NCBI GenBank assembly: GCA_030603885.1
Contig: JAUVWW010000003.1
Location: 13,223 to 77,222, forward strand
From: a bacterium
GTDB lineage: Bacteria; Patescibacteriota; JABMPQ01; JAUVWW01
Direction: 5' to 3'
Length of the DNA stretch: 64,000 nt
Each line of letters begins with the position of its first letter. Position 1 is the stretch's first letter. The position numbers and the translations under genes were made by a program. The notes under the pieces were generated by a model, which saw only the letters and a program-made list of their open reading frames with translations, was not told the DNA's origin and searched no databases. This document shows positions 17,874 to 28,673 of this stretch, piece by piece.

Positions 17874-18716
17874 ATGTCTTTTTTTAGAAAAATAACCTCT
17901 TTGCTGCTAATTGTGTTAATAGTGGCAACTATAGGAGGCTTTGCCTTTTTTAAACCAAAACCTGCTCAGGCAATTTTTGGAATTGGTGATACTGTATTTA
18001 ACCCCTATGATGATTTTATTCGGCCAATTATAGTGTCAACTCTTAGAACAATGTATCTGGGCGCAGTAAGGCCTCAACTGGCTAATATAATTGCCGGTAA
18101 ATCAGATAGACCAATTTATGTACCTAATGCAGCAGAGTACCTGAGAGATGTATTCACAGATGAAGTAGCTAAGCAGATTGAAGAAATATCTGGTATAAAT
18201 GTCTGTGAGCCATTTAAAGCTCAGCTAGTTATCGCTTTAGGAGCAAATTTTGCTAGGCTTCCCTATGAAAGGCCCCCGGCTCCTGAATGTACAGCTGAGA
18301 GGGCTTGGAAAAATATCGAAGAAGGTGTGGCCAGTCTAGATGATTTTGTTGTAATCTCACAACCTCAGAACAATATCTTTGGTGCCTATCTCATAGCTAG
18401 TGATAATATGGAGAGAATAATAGGTCGAAAACTTGAATACGAGAACACACAGCTGGTAACCGGTCAAGGATTTATAGGTGTTAGGGCTACAAGAATAAGA
18501 GATGGAAAAGAGGAGGAATATGTTAAGACACCTGGTGCAATAGTATATAAAATGGTTACTGATACTGATCGATCACCTTTAGAAATTATTCAGAATTCTA
18601 AAGATGTCGCCTCTTTGTTTACTGGCATAGCTTATGATCTTATCACCGTAGCCACAGGAGGACTGACAGAAAGATTTTACAGGTCAGCAATGAATTATTA
18701 TGAATCAAAGAGATAA
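17874..18716 (+). CDS. Membrane-anchored hypothetical protein (T4SS-like locus)
   Basis: ORF 280 aa with an N-terminal TM/signal segment. Confidence 0.4.
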   Translation: MSFFRKITSLLLIVLIVATIGGFAFFKPKPAQAIFGIGDTVFNPYDDFIRPIIVSTLRTMYLGAVRPQLANIIAGKSDRPIYVPNAAEYLRDVFTDEVAKQIEEISGINVCEPFKAQLVIALGANFARLPYERPPAPECTAERAWKNIEEGVASLDDFVVISQPQNNIFGAYLIASDNMERIIGRKLEYENTQLVTGQGFIGVRATRIRDGKEEEYVKTPGAIVYKMVTDTDRSPLEIIQNSKDVASLFTGIAYDLITVATGGLTERFYRSAMNYYESKR

Positions 18717-18731
18717 TTTTTACTACAATCC

Positions 18732-21107
18732 ATGCTAAGAAAATCTAAAAATTTCCTTATTTACTTTCTGGTTTTTAGTTTTGTTTTATTATCTCAACCA
18801 TGGTTAGTTAATAAAGCAAGTGCTTATACAAGGCCCACTCTCAATTTAAACATCCCTTCTCAGCCGAAGATTGGTGATGAGATGAAAATTAGGGTCATGG
18901 CCATGTATTTTGACGAAAAAGAGCCTACAAAGATAGGGTATAGTTATTATATCAAGGGCTTTCCAGGTGGGGGCCTTGTAGCTGGGTCTCAAGATAGATT
19001 TGTTAAAGATGGGGTATTGGGCAATCAATATGGCAATTTAAAATATATAGATTATGAACCAACTGCTGGGCATAAGATTAGATATTGGTATAGGACTACT
19101 TTAGATTCTACAGGAACAGAGAAAGAGCCATGGGAGAATAATGATAAGGATATAAATAAAAATAAAATACATGATGATTGGGAAAGAAGATATTTTAGAA
19201 TTGACCCTACAACTGAAGCAGTAAATCCAGATGATGATCCAGATGGGGACAGTTATAATTGGCTGGATAGAATGAAAGCTGCTCATAGGGTATGTATAAC
19301 TTTCAGCATGCCTGAGGCAACCCATTGTGCACTTTACGGATTTCCAGGTGAAGTTTGCTTGCACAAGGCACTATTTGATGCTGGAGTTCCTCAAACAGCA
19401 GATGTTGGTCCTGCAGGAATTATTAATCCTACCTCTCCTAGATATGGAATAGGTACAGACAATAAGTTTACTAACTATGAAGAATATGTTTTTGGAACTA
19501 ATCCTAAATTAGCAGATACAGATGGAGACAGTATATTGGACGAAGCCGATGTAATTGGTATGGGTCAAGATGAGTGTAAGTTTAAGGTTACTCCTGCCTT
19601 AGGTCCGGTAGGAAGAAAGTTTCCTGTGGAGATTAAAACTCTAGGCTATGTTCCAAGAGGTAGTGGTGAATTTCATTGGTGGCGGGGAGGGTCGCCTGGG
19701 TGGGGTGGTATCTTTGATTGGTCTTGTCTTCTTCTACTTTCTAAAACAAATACTGTTGAAATTTCCCCTGGCCCTCCTTTAGATATTATTTTGCAGTCAG
19801 AGCCAGAAGTTCCTACTCCAGCTAATAATGGAACAGATTATCCTGAAGTTAAGATAGAAGCTTCAGTAACAGGAATGGAATATAAACAGAGATTGTATTT
19901 TAAATGGTATATTGGGGCCAAGGTAATAGATGAGGGATACGGAAAGAATATATTTACATTTCCAGTAACTGCTGATCCTTGCAGTGTTGTTCCGGTTACC
20001 TGTGATGTTTCAGAGGAGTTTCCTGGGGGGGTAGTTAGATCCGGATCTGCTAGTTTGGATATGGGAATTGGATATGATATTCCAGAAGATGCCTTATCAG
20101 CTAGCCTGCTTTACAATACTTCCCAAGACCAAGACGAAGATGGCTGTATAGACGGGGATATGAATTGTAATTTCATATTAGATGGTGGCGAAACTTGGAC
20201 TACAACAGATCCATTTTATGATCAGATAAACGATGACCTATTGAATAACGGTCGTAATATAAGACAAAATGATGTAATAACAATACATACCGAATTTTCC
20301 AGTACTAATGGATTATGTACTTTGCCAGATTCAGACGAGCCAAAAGATTTTGTCTATGTCTGGTATCTAGATGGAAAAGAGCAGACAGACCAATCAGGTG
20401 CAGGAGATAAACCTAATCCTCAAATCGAAGGAGGAACTTTTCAAGATTTTAAATTTACTGTTACCAAGCCTCCTGGAAGTAAACATCTAGTAAAATTAAA
20501 ACTAATCAGAATCTCTGATGGTTTTGAATATGGTCAGTTTGGAGAGAAAGTATTTACTGTTCAAACCCCAACAGCTTCTATAGAATCAGGTACAGCTTTT
20601 GGTTGCGATGAAGAGGAGACAGGTTTGTGTAGAGTAATATTAGAGCCTGATGAAACACGAACAGTAGATTTTAAAGCTGTTCTTGAATATTTCCAGCCTA
20701 CCTATGCCGAAACTTTCCATTATACCTGGACTTTTGATGGAGAAGTAGTTAAAGAGAAAGATACTACTGAAGCTGAGGATATTCTCACTTATGAATTTAC
20801 TCATCCAGGAGGAGTAGAAGAGGAGCGTACAGAGAGCCACACTGTAGTAATAACTGTAGATAATTATATAGACTTAGATGAGATAGCAGATGAATCAGCT
20901 ATAAATACTTATGCTGTGGAGCTAGTGCTAAAGCCGGGTGGAGCAGCAGTTGCCCGGGGTCCCCTCCGAACTTTCTTTGCTCAGGCAGGCCAGGCTGTAT
21001 CAAGCCATTTCAAAAATATCTTTAACATTGTTTTCACTATAGGTGTCATTGGCTTTATTGTCTTTGTAGTTATGGCGGCAGGACAGATTAAGAGAAAAAA
21101 AGAATAG
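18732..21107 (+). CDS. Large secreted surface protein with C-terminal TM anchor
   Basis: ORF 791 aa with a signal peptide, an Asp-rich Ca-binding-like motif (DTDGDSILDE) and a C-terminal hydrophobic helix plus KRKKE. Confidence 0.5.
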   Translation: MLRKSKNFLIYFLVFSFVLLSQPWLVNKASAYTRPTLNLNIPSQPKIGDEMKIRVMAMYFDEKEPTKIGYSYYIKGFPGGGLVAGSQDRFVKDGVLGNQYGNLKYIDYEPTAGHKIRYWYRTTLDSTGTEKEPWENNDKDINKNKIHDDWERRYFRIDPTTEAVNPDDDPDGDSYNWLDRMKAAHRVCITFSMPEATHCALYGFPGEVCLHKALFDAGVPQTADVGPAGIINPTSPRYGIGTDNKFTNYEEYVFGTNPKLADTDGDSILDEADVIGMGQDECKFKVTPALGPVGRKFPVEIKTLGYVPRGSGEFHWWRGGSPGWGGIFDWSCLLLLSKTNTVEISPGPPLDIILQSEPEVPTPANNGTDYPEVKIEASVTGMEYKQRLYFKWYIGAKVIDEGYGKNIFTFPVTADPCSVVPVTCDVSEEFPGGVVRSGSASLDMGIGYDIPEDALSASLLYNTSQDQDEDGCIDGDMNCNFILDGGETWTTTDPFYDQINDDLLNNGRNIRQNDVITIHTEFSSTNGLCTLPDSDEPKDFVYVWYLDGKEQTDQSGAGDKPNPQIEGGTFQDFKFTVTKPPGSKHLVKLKLIRISDGFEYGQFGEKVFTVQTPTASIESGTAFGCDEEETGLCRVILEPDETRTVDFKAVLEYFQPTYAETFHYTWTFDGEVVKEKDTTEAEDILTYEFTHPGGVEEERTESHTVVITVDNYIDLDEIADESAINTYAVELVLKPGGAAVARGPLRTFFAQAGQAVSSHFKNIFNIVFTIGVIGFIVFVVMAAGQIKRKKE

Positions 21108-21144
21108 AGTCTCCAAATTTACAAATTTCAATTAAAAATTATTA

Positions 21145-23757
21145 ATGATATTTGATTCTATCCAGCAAAAATTGATTCAGGTTTATTTTAAAGGAAAATC
21201 TTTTATTTTTTCCCATAAAAAAGTCGTAATCGCCGGAGTCTTGCTTTTGGCTCTGGTTTTTGTTCTTTTGCCTCATTTTTCACAAGCAGCAAAAGCACCA
21301 ACTTCAATAGAAGTACCAGGGGGAAACTTTCTAGCCTGGGTATTGTATATGGCTAAGATGTTAATATATTGGTTAACATTACTTGCAGCCAGAATTTTAG
21401 CTTGGATGCTAAGAGGAACTCAGGGTTTTCTAGATAGTGAATTAGTTACTGTGGGCTGGTCTGTAGTTAGAGATACAGCCAATATGTTCTTTATTTTAAT
21501 TTTGTTGGTTATTGCCTTTGGCACTATCTTACGTCTGGAAGCCCTTGGCCTTACCTACAAAAGACTTCTTACTCCCATGATCGTTGCTATTTTATTAGTT
21601 AATTTTTCTCGGACCATTTGCACTACCATTGTTAATTTTTGTGATACTTTAATGGAGGGATTTATAGGAGGAATATCAGGCGGAAAAATAGGGACTTTAC
21701 CCGATGCCCTTGTTAGTGGTATGCAGTTAGATAAGATGTGGGAAACAGCTCCCGTAAAGATTAGCTTGTGGAAAATTTTCACTGGATTTCAGACGTTAGA
21801 TGTGATTTTAGCCCAAGCTTTTGATAGTGCTTATGCTAGCGTAGCTTTAATAGCCATGTTAGCAGTCTGTATCTTTTTAATGATCCGAGTTTTGGCTTTG
21901 AGCCTTTTAACCATTGCTGCTCCTCTGGTATTTGTCATGCAAATAATACCAGCTACCAAAACCTATGTAGCTAAGTGGTGGCCTACTTTTATTAAGTATG
22001 CTCTCTATGGACCCATAGCTGCTTTTTGTGTTGCCCTGGCTGGAAAAATGAGTGAGCTTCTTAGAAAAGGTGGGATAGGGCTTTTGGGATGGGAAAAACT
22101 TTCAAATGTGGAACAGCAAGCGCTAGAAAAAGCGGGTTTTGCTTCTGCCATTAGCACTCCCAGAGCCCTTGTAGAAGGCCTTTTTGTCTGTGGAATTCTC
22201 TTTGCCGCGGTTTTGGCTGCCCAACAGCTTGGTCTACACGGCGCAGGAGCCATTGTTAAACTTGCCAGAGGAGGAGCAGGAGTTTTGTTTACGGGAGCCA
22301 AAGCTGGAGGAAGATTTGTTGGTCGAAGAGTATCCATGGGTCTAGGTGCAGGTAAGGAGGGCCTTGTAGGGAAAGTTATGACTCGGGTGGGACTAGGGAA
22401 ATATGCAGATTTTCCCCGTTTTCTCTCTCCTAGGGTGCTAAAAGAAGGTTTAAAAACAAGAATAGAGGAGGCTGAAAAAATGTCCTACGAGGGAGCTTAT
22501 GGTTGGGTCACGGATAGAGTAAACGCTTTATCTACTAAAACTCTTGGTAGTTTAGGAATGGCAAGAATAATGAAAAGAGATTACGAGTCCATAGATTTAG
22601 CAAAGGCTCGAAAAGAGAGAAGAGCTTATTTTCAAGAAGTCAATCCCCATGGTGGCCATCCTTATCTAAGAGACGAATTCTGGAAAGCTGTAGAGGCTAA
22701 AGATATACCGGGATTACAGGAGCTCTTGCTTGAACTAGGCCCACGTCAAAATTGGAATGAGCTTTTAAGGGAATCAGCCCAAGCACCTAAAACCGAAAAA
22801 ATTGGAAGACACATGTTCTCTAAAAAGTATAAGATCTTATTTGGAGAGAAATATTTAGCAAGTGAGAAAATTCAGAAAGAAATGGATCGAACCGGGATGT
22901 TAAAGTTTGATAATGCATCCAGGATAGCCATGCTTGAGAGTCTCTTTGGCAAAGAAAGGGGTATTAAGCTTGGAGCAGAGATATCCGAGGAAGGAAAAAT
23001 TTCAGGAGATCAATCCCGGTCTGAAATGAGAGATTTTCATGCTGGAAAGGAGATCTGGACAGGAACAGTGCAAGTTAATGAGGCTAAAAGAGACGCTGAG
23101 ACGTTATCCGAAGCTGCTTTGAGAGATAAGGCGTTAAAGGCTGGATTTACAAAGACTGATATAGAGGGAGCCTCAAAGCTAAGATTGGCTTACCTAGTTA
23201 AAGCTGTTGAGGTGGGAGCAGACAGAGATGAGATGATCCAGATAGCTCTTGCGCCAGACGAGAATCTCGATGAGATTTATAAGCAGAAAAGAGACACAGA
23301 AAAGTTAAGGGATGTTGTTGATCAAGAGCTAGAGGCTAAGATTATGGATCGGGTTAGAGGACATAGGGCAGCCATAGAACATGCCAAACAGTCTTCCCGA
23401 AAGAAGCTGGATCAATCCAGATTTACCCATGTTATTGTAGGCTATAAGTCAGATGGATCAGAGATGGTCTTTGATATGACTACCAATGCTAGAGATACGG
23501 CAGAGGGTGGAAACTATGTAGCGGGTGATATACATGAAGTAGATAGGTTTACTTCCGCCGTAACTATAGAAAACCAAGTCAAACCTAATGTAAAGATAAT
23601 AAGAAAATATACACTTAAGAAAACAAAAAAGAGAGATCCAGAAGCAGCTAAGCGAAGTGAAGCCTACTATGCACAAGTAGATTATGCTCATGAGCATCCA
23701 GAAGGAGAGCTGAAAAAATTAGCAAGAGCCATACTGGAAGAGGAAAAAGAAAAGTAA
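21145..23757 (+). CDS. VirB6/TrbL-like polytopic membrane protein with long C-terminal hydrophilic domain
   Basis: ORF 870 aa with a signal peptide, then about six TM helices in the first ~400 aa with VirB6-like topology. The C-terminal ~450 aa are charged and helical. Confidence 0.5.
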   Translation: MIFDSIQQKLIQVYFKGKSFIFSHKKVVIAGVLLLALVFVLLPHFSQAAKAPTSIEVPGGNFLAWVLYMAKMLIYWLTLLAARILAWMLRGTQGFLDSELVTVGWSVVRDTANMFFILILLVIAFGTILRLEALGLTYKRLLTPMIVAILLVNFSRTICTTIVNFCDTLMEGFIGGISGGKIGTLPDALVSGMQLDKMWETAPVKISLWKIFTGFQTLDVILAQAFDSAYASVALIAMLAVCIFLMIRVLALSLLTIAAPLVFVMQIIPATKTYVAKWWPTFIKYALYGPIAAFCVALAGKMSELLRKGGIGLLGWEKLSNVEQQALEKAGFASAISTPRALVEGLFVCGILFAAVLAAQQLGLHGAGAIVKLARGGAGVLFTGAKAGGRFVGRRVSMGLGAGKEGLVGKVMTRVGLGKYADFPRFLSPRVLKEGLKTRIEEAEKMSYEGAYGWVTDRVNALSTKTLGSLGMARIMKRDYESIDLAKARKERRAYFQEVNPHGGHPYLRDEFWKAVEAKDIPGLQELLLELGPRQNWNELLRESAQAPKTEKIGRHMFSKKYKILFGEKYLASEKIQKEMDRTGMLKFDNASRIAMLESLFGKERGIKLGAEISEEGKISGDQSRSEMRDFHAGKEIWTGTVQVNEAKRDAETLSEAALRDKALKAGFTKTDIEGASKLRLAYLVKAVEVGADRDEMIQIALAPDENLDEIYKQKRDTEKLRDVVDQELEAKIMDRVRGHRAAIEHAKQSSRKKLDQSRFTHVIVGYKSDGSEMVFDMTTNARDTAEGGNYVAGDIHEVDRFTSAVTIENQVKPNVKIIRKYTLKKTKKRDPEAAKRSEAYYAQVDYAHEHPEGELKKLARAILEEEKEK

Positions 23758-23847
23758 CCTTTTATGCCTGAATATCTAACAAATATGCAAGACTAGTAGA
23801 CTAAAAAGAGATAAAAAGATGAAAACATATTCTAAGTTACCTGACAA

Positions 23848-25428
23848 ATGATTCTCAATTTAGTAAAAAAAGAGCTAGACAAACCTGAGACTTTCGAAAA
23901 GATTTTGAGAAAAATCAGAGTTTGGCATTATGACGGTTATAGAAGGTATACAGATGAGATAATGGTCTTTATTGTTGAGCTTGGAAAGAGACTGCCAGAC
24001 CTGAAGAGGACCAATCCAGACCTAGCTTCAAAATATGAGACAATCTCAATCAATCTCAAATGGGAGATGTTAGAGAATCTTCCAGATGATGAAGTGGTCG
24101 AGATGTTTGAGAAATATTATCTTACAGGTCTTAAGAAAGGGACTAACTTGGTGGATAGATTAAGGATAAAAATGCTGATTATATCAATATGGCTGAGAGA
24201 TGATTATCTCAAAGAAATAAGGCAAGTTTTAGAGAAAAATACCCAGAGATTAGGGACCAAGACTATTATTGTTCCTGGTCAGGTGAGACCCCAACCTCCA
24301 ACAATAGGAAATTGGCTTCTAGATTACAATGATGCCTTAGGAGTAGGAAAGCATAGCGATATAGCTATTTCTAACTATTTTGTCACATCTGCTAATGTTG
24401 CTGGCCTAACTACCGAAGAAAAAGAACTCCTGAGAAAAACCATTCTCTTTTATGAACTTCTAAAATTAGGTGTTAGAGATCCAGGCTCAATGAGTGGTTA
24501 CTCTTTGAATTTTTATGGCATCAGGGGTACTGAGGCTATACCTGTCGAATCTGGTATGGGTCATTTTGTTACTTATCCAGCATTGTCAAGAAGATTTGCC
24601 GGAGAACATCCCATTCCAGGCTCTCCTCGGCTAGGAGTACTTGCAGAAAGAAAAAGAAAAAGAGAAGTAGCCAAGGTAAAAGAACACCTAGCCAAGATAG
24701 CAAGGAAGCCCCTTGCTCCACCAATTACCCCTCCACATATTAAGGCGCCTAAGCCACCATCAGAAATAGAAAAAGAGATTGAAGCTAAAAGAAAAGCAGA
24801 AGAAGAGAGGATTGCTCGTTTAGAGAGAGAAATGGAGCCAAAAGTGGCTCCGCCACCTAAAGTCAAAATACCCAAACCTCTCGAAGTTCCTAAAACACCT
24901 CCTAGGCCAGAGGTTGCTCCTCTTAAGATTAAGCCTGCTCCGGAATTTAAGCCTCCTGAGGCACCAAAGCCTAAACCACTCGCTCCTCCAGAGATTAAGC
25001 CTGCTCCTCCTTTGCCTCCAAAACCAGCAAGGCCACCTCGAATCGAGGCTGCTCCTCCACCCCCACCTAAGCCCGCTCCTCCGCTAGAGCCAAAAGCTCC
25101 TCCCAAAATTGAATCAGTTGATGATATTAAAAAACTTGGCTTGGATGATTTTAGGAGCTATCGAGAAGTACCTCTTGATTCTGCACGGGTTATTACAGAA
25201 AAAATAAATTCTTTACTAGCTGAAGCTTCTCCTTTAGATAAAATAAAAGCTCTGGCCTTTTGGAAAGAAAGTAATCTTTATAAACTTTATATTGAGATGG
25301 GAAGAGAATCCATGGCTCAAGGTATCTCTGTCAAAGAGCTAGCTGAAAAAAGAAGAGCTGAGGGAAAACCATTTTTGTCCCATGAGGAGTTTGAGGCGAT
25401 AGTGGAGATATCAGGAAGCATTGGATAA
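23848..25428 (+). CDS. Hypothetical protein with central Pro-rich repeat region (PPxKP/APPxxKP)
   Basis: ORF 526 aa. The PxP repeat block runs from about 24700 to 25110. Confidence 0.45.
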   Translation: MILNLVKKELDKPETFEKILRKIRVWHYDGYRRYTDEIMVFIVELGKRLPDLKRTNPDLASKYETISINLKWEMLENLPDDEVVEMFEKYYLTGLKKGTNLVDRLRIKMLIISIWLRDDYLKEIRQVLEKNTQRLGTKTIIVPGQVRPQPPTIGNWLLDYNDALGVGKHSDIAISNYFVTSANVAGLTTEEKELLRKTILFYELLKLGVRDPGSMSGYSLNFYGIRGTEAIPVESGMGHFVTYPALSRRFAGEHPIPGSPRLGVLAERKRKREVAKVKEHLAKIARKPLAPPITPPHIKAPKPPSEIEKEIEAKRKAEEERIARLEREMEPKVAPPPKVKIPKPLEVPKTPPRPEVAPLKIKPAPEFKPPEAPKPKPLAPPEIKPAPPLPPKPARPPRIEAAPPPPPKPAPPLEPKAPPKIESVDDIKKLGLDDFRSYREVPLDSARVITEKINSLLAEASPLDKIKALAFWKESNLYKLYIEMGRESMAQGISVKELAEKRRAEGKPFLSHEEFEAIVEISGSIG

Positions 25429-25460
25429 TTTAAAGTTAAATTATTAATAATTCATTTTTT

Positions 25461-25925
25461 ATGCAATATGCTGTTCCTCAATTTGTCGAGATAGAAGACA
25501 AAGTCATCGGCCCTCTCACTGTTCGGCAATTTTTGATTATTTTGGCTGGAGGAGGACTGACTTTTTTAGCCTACAGATTAGCCGATCTTACTCTTTTTAT
25601 TTTGTTAGCTCTGGTGATTATGGGGGGAGCATGTGCTTTTGCTTTTGTCAAAATTAATGGCCAGCCCATACATCAGTATGGCCTGAATGCTTATAAGTTT
25701 CTGACCAAACCAAAGATTTTAATGTGGGCTCATGATCCTAAGCTGGCTCGAGTAAAAGCCACCGAAAAAGTTAAAATAGCTCGACCTAAAATAGAAGAGG
25801 CAGTGCCAGCAAAAGAAATAGTTCCAAGAAGTAAATTAAGAGATTTGTCTGTTATTTTAGATACCTATACGGAGGGAGTGGAGAGAGAAGAAAAGAAAGA
25901 GGGCGAAGAGAGAAAAGAAAAATAG
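25461..25925 (+). CDS. PrgI/VirB3-like small membrane protein
   Basis: ORF 154 aa with an LTVRQFLIIL motif followed by two TM helices. It lies directly upstream of VirB4, as in Gram-positive T4SSs. Confidence 0.5.
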   Translation: MQYAVPQFVEIEDKVIGPLTVRQFLIILAGGGLTFLAYRLADLTLFILLALVIMGGACAFAFVKINGQPIHQYGLNAYKFLTKPKILMWAHDPKLARVKATEKVKIARPKIEEAVPAKEIVPRSKLRDLSVILDTYTEGVEREEKKEGEERKEK

Positions 25926-25952
25926 CTTATTAAATTTAACTGCCTAACGAAG

Positions 25953-26771
25953 ATGGAGCAAGAAGTTAAAAAACCAAAAGGACCTTTTGAAGGGATCATT
26001 GACAAGATCCTTAGTTTTTTACCTACCCCGAAAAAACCTCCTGGGGCCAAGGGTCCTGAAAAGGAAGCTAAGCCAGTTGAGGCGGCAGAGACCTTGAAAT
26101 CTTCTCGAGCTAAAGCAAGAGTAGCTGCCTCAGTTCAAAGATATCTTCCTTTTAAGGAAATAAGAGATGGCTGTGTGGTGCTTAAAAATAACGCTCTTAG
26201 AGCCATTCTAATGGTCTCCTCTATTAATTTTGCCTTGATGTCTGAAGAAGAGCAAAAAGCTAAGCTTTATGCCTACCAAGAATTTTTAAATGCTCTAGAA
26301 TTTCCAGTTCAGTTTGTCATTCAATCCAAAATGCTAAATATTTCAGGATATTTGGAAAAGGTGGAGGAGATAGCCAGGGTTCAGGAGAATGAACTTTTGC
26401 GTATTCAAACTTCAGAATATAAAGAATTTGTAAAAAGCCTGGTTGAGCTAGCTAATATTACTTCTAATCATTATTATATAGTGGTTCCTTATTCGGGTCC
26501 CGGAGTAGAAGTTAAAAAAGGAATAGCCGATAGAGTAAAAAGTATGATTCAACCAGCCCAAAAGATTGCCGAAGAAAAGCTTAGTTTTGAAAAATCAAAA
26601 GAAGCCCTGGATTTAAGGGTATCTCAGGTGATATCTGGTCTATCTGGCATGGGTCTTAGATGTGCTCAACTTTCCACCCAAGAAATAGTTGAGCTTTTGT
26701 ATACAGTTTATAATCCAGATACAGCCAAGAATCAGATTTTGGCTGATTTGGAAAGATTAGAAGTAGCATAA
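25953..26771 (+). CDS. VirB4/TrbE/PrgJ-family ATPase, N-terminal segment, separated from the remainder by one in-frame TAA
   Basis: LPFKEIRDGCVVLKNNALRAILMVSSINFALMSEEEQ matches the conserved N-terminal region of Gram-positive VirB4-like proteins. It is in the same frame as 26799-28664. Confidence 0.6.
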   Translation: MEQEVKKPKGPFEGIIDKILSFLPTPKKPPGAKGPEKEAKPVEAAETLKSSRAKARVAASVQRYLPFKEIRDGCVVLKNNALRAILMVSSINFALMSEEEQKAKLYAYQEFLNALEFPVQFVIQSKMLNISGYLEKVEEIARVQENELLRIQTSEYKEFVKSLVELANITSNHYYIVVPYSGPGVEVKKGIADRVKSMIQPAQKIAEEKLSFEKSKEALDLRVSQVISGLSGMGLRCAQLSTQEIVELLYTVYNPDTAKNQILADLERLEVA

Positions 26772-26798
26772 AAAGGTCTCGACCTTTATCTGAATTTA

Positions 26799-28664
26799 TT
26801 GTTCAAAACCATGGTCGAAAAACTCGAAACAAAACAAGTTCCCATAGGTAAAAAAGATCTTGAAAGTCTCACTCTAGAAGAGAGAGAGGCTATTCTTAAA
26901 GCCGAAGAAATCTATCGTAAGGGCCTGGTTTCTGTTCAGGATATCATTGCTCCTTCTGCTTTAAAAATAAATCCTGATCATATTATTATTGGTACCAAGT
27001 ATGCTCGTACTATATACCTAGTTACTTATCCTCGGTATCTAATGACTGGTTGGTTTGCTCCCATAATTAACTTAAATGTGGCTTTGGACATTGCCCTGTT
27101 TATTGAGCCTATGTCTTCAGAGACAGTGTTGAAGACTCTTCGTTCTAAAGCAGCTCAAGTTCAGGCAGGCATAGCTGGCAATATAGAAAAGGGAATGGTC
27201 AGAGATCCTATTTTGGATGCAGCTTTAAAAGATGTAGAGACTTTGAGAGATAAGCTAACTGCCGGAACAGAGAGATTTTTTCATTTCGGACTTTACATCA
27301 CTATCTATGCTAAAAATACAGAAGAATTAGAAAAGACCACCACTGAAATAGAAACTATGTTTGGGCATAAGTTAATTATGTCCCGGAGAGCCGTATTTCA
27401 AGGGGAGCAGGGTTTTAATTCCACTTTACCTTTTGGAATGGATGATCTTGGTATAACCCTGCCCATGAATACAGGACCTTTATCTACTTCATTCCCGTTT
27501 GTCTCAAGTGAACTTACTTCAGATAAAGGAATTCTTTATGGCATAAATCGGCATAACAACTCCCTAATTTTATTTGATCGATTTTCTCTTCCCAATGCAA
27601 ACTCAGTTGTTTTTGCTACTTCAGGAGCTGGAAAGAGTTATGCTGTGAAACTTGAAGTTTTAAGATCTATGATGTTTGGTACTGATGTCATTATTGTCGA
27701 CCCAGAAAATGAATATCAGCATTTATCTGAAGCTGTGGGTGGAACTTTCTTGAAAATTTCTTTAGGAGCCAATTATATTATCAATCCTTTTGATCTTCCT
27801 AAACCTGTGGCTGGAGAGTCTACTGAAGATATTATCAGATCTGCTGTTATTAGCTTAAAGGGATTAATGAAGGTTATTTTAGGCCGAATGACTAAAGAAG
27901 AAGAGGCTTTGGTAGACAAAGCTCTACTTGAGACTTATGCTGCCAGAGACATTACTCCTGAATCAGATTTAGCTAAAATTACTCCTCCAACTATGGAAGA
28001 TTTTGAGAGCATTCTCTCTGGTATGGAAGGAGCAGAAGATCTTGCTCTAAGAATTCAGAAATATACCAAAGGAACCTTTGCAGGGCTTTTTAATAAACCT
28101 ACCAATGTAGAGCTGAAACAGCAGTTGGTAGTCTTTTCTATTCGAGACCTTGAGGATGAACTTCGTCCAGTAGCTATGTACATTATCTTGAATTATATCT
28201 GGAATATAGTAAGATCAGAATTGAAGAAAAGAATTTTAGTTGTTGATGAAGCTTGGTGGATGATGCAATATGAAGATTCGGCTCGGTTCCTATTTGGATT
28301 AGTTAAAAGAGCAAGAAAATATTATCTGGGAGTGACAGTTATTTCTCAAGATGTAAATGACTTCTTGACTTCTGATATGGGCAAAGCAGTAGTGACTAAC
28401 TCTGCCATGCAAATATTACTTAGACAGTCTCCAGCAGCTATTGATCTTTTAAGAAAAACATTTTATCTGACTGAGGAAGAAAAATATCTACTTTTGGAAT
28501 CCAATGTAGGGGAGGGAATATTCTTTGCCGGAGCCAAGCATGTGGCCATAAAGATAGTTGCCTCTTATTCTGAAGATCAGATTATTACCACTGACCCAAG
28601 ACAGCTTTTAGAGATAGAAAAGGCAAAGGAGGAATTTGCCGAGGCAGAGAAACAAGCAGGTTAA
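26799..28664 (+). CDS. VirB4-like T4SS ATPase (Walker A ATSGAGKS, Walker B ILVVDEAWWMM)
   Basis: ORF 621 aa (TTG start in the track; ATG at 26811). It has the conserved IIGTKYARTIYLVTYPRY region and P-loop NTPase motifs. Confidence 0.85.
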   Translation: MFKTMVEKLETKQVPIGKKDLESLTLEEREAILKAEEIYRKGLVSVQDIIAPSALKINPDHIIIGTKYARTIYLVTYPRYLMTGWFAPIINLNVALDIALFIEPMSSETVLKTLRSKAAQVQAGIAGNIEKGMVRDPILDAALKDVETLRDKLTAGTERFFHFGLYITIYAKNTEELEKTTTEIETMFGHKLIMSRRAVFQGEQGFNSTLPFGMDDLGITLPMNTGPLSTSFPFVSSELTSDKGILYGINRHNNSLILFDRFSLPNANSVVFATSGAGKSYAVKLEVLRSMMFGTDVIIVDPENEYQHLSEAVGGTFLKISLGANYIINPFDLPKPVAGESTEDIIRSAVISLKGLMKVILGRMTKEEEALVDKALLETYAARDITPESDLAKITPPTMEDFESILSGMEGAEDLALRIQKYTKGTFAGLFNKPTNVELKQQLVVFSIRDLEDELRPVAMYIILNYIWNIVRSELKKRILVVDEAWWMMQYEDSARFLFGLVKRARKYYLGVTVISQDVNDFLTSDMGKAVVTNSAMQILLRQSPAAIDLLRKTFYLTEEEKYLLLESNVGEGIFFAGAKHVAIKIVASYSEDQIITTDPRQLLEIEKAKEEFAEAEKQAG

Positions 28665-28673
28665 ACCTATAAA

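Noticed and set aside
24573-25106. 177-aa Gly-rich ORF on the minus strand
   Set aside because: It is the antisense of the Pro-rich (CCN-rich) repeat region of gene 23848-25428, a compositional artefact.
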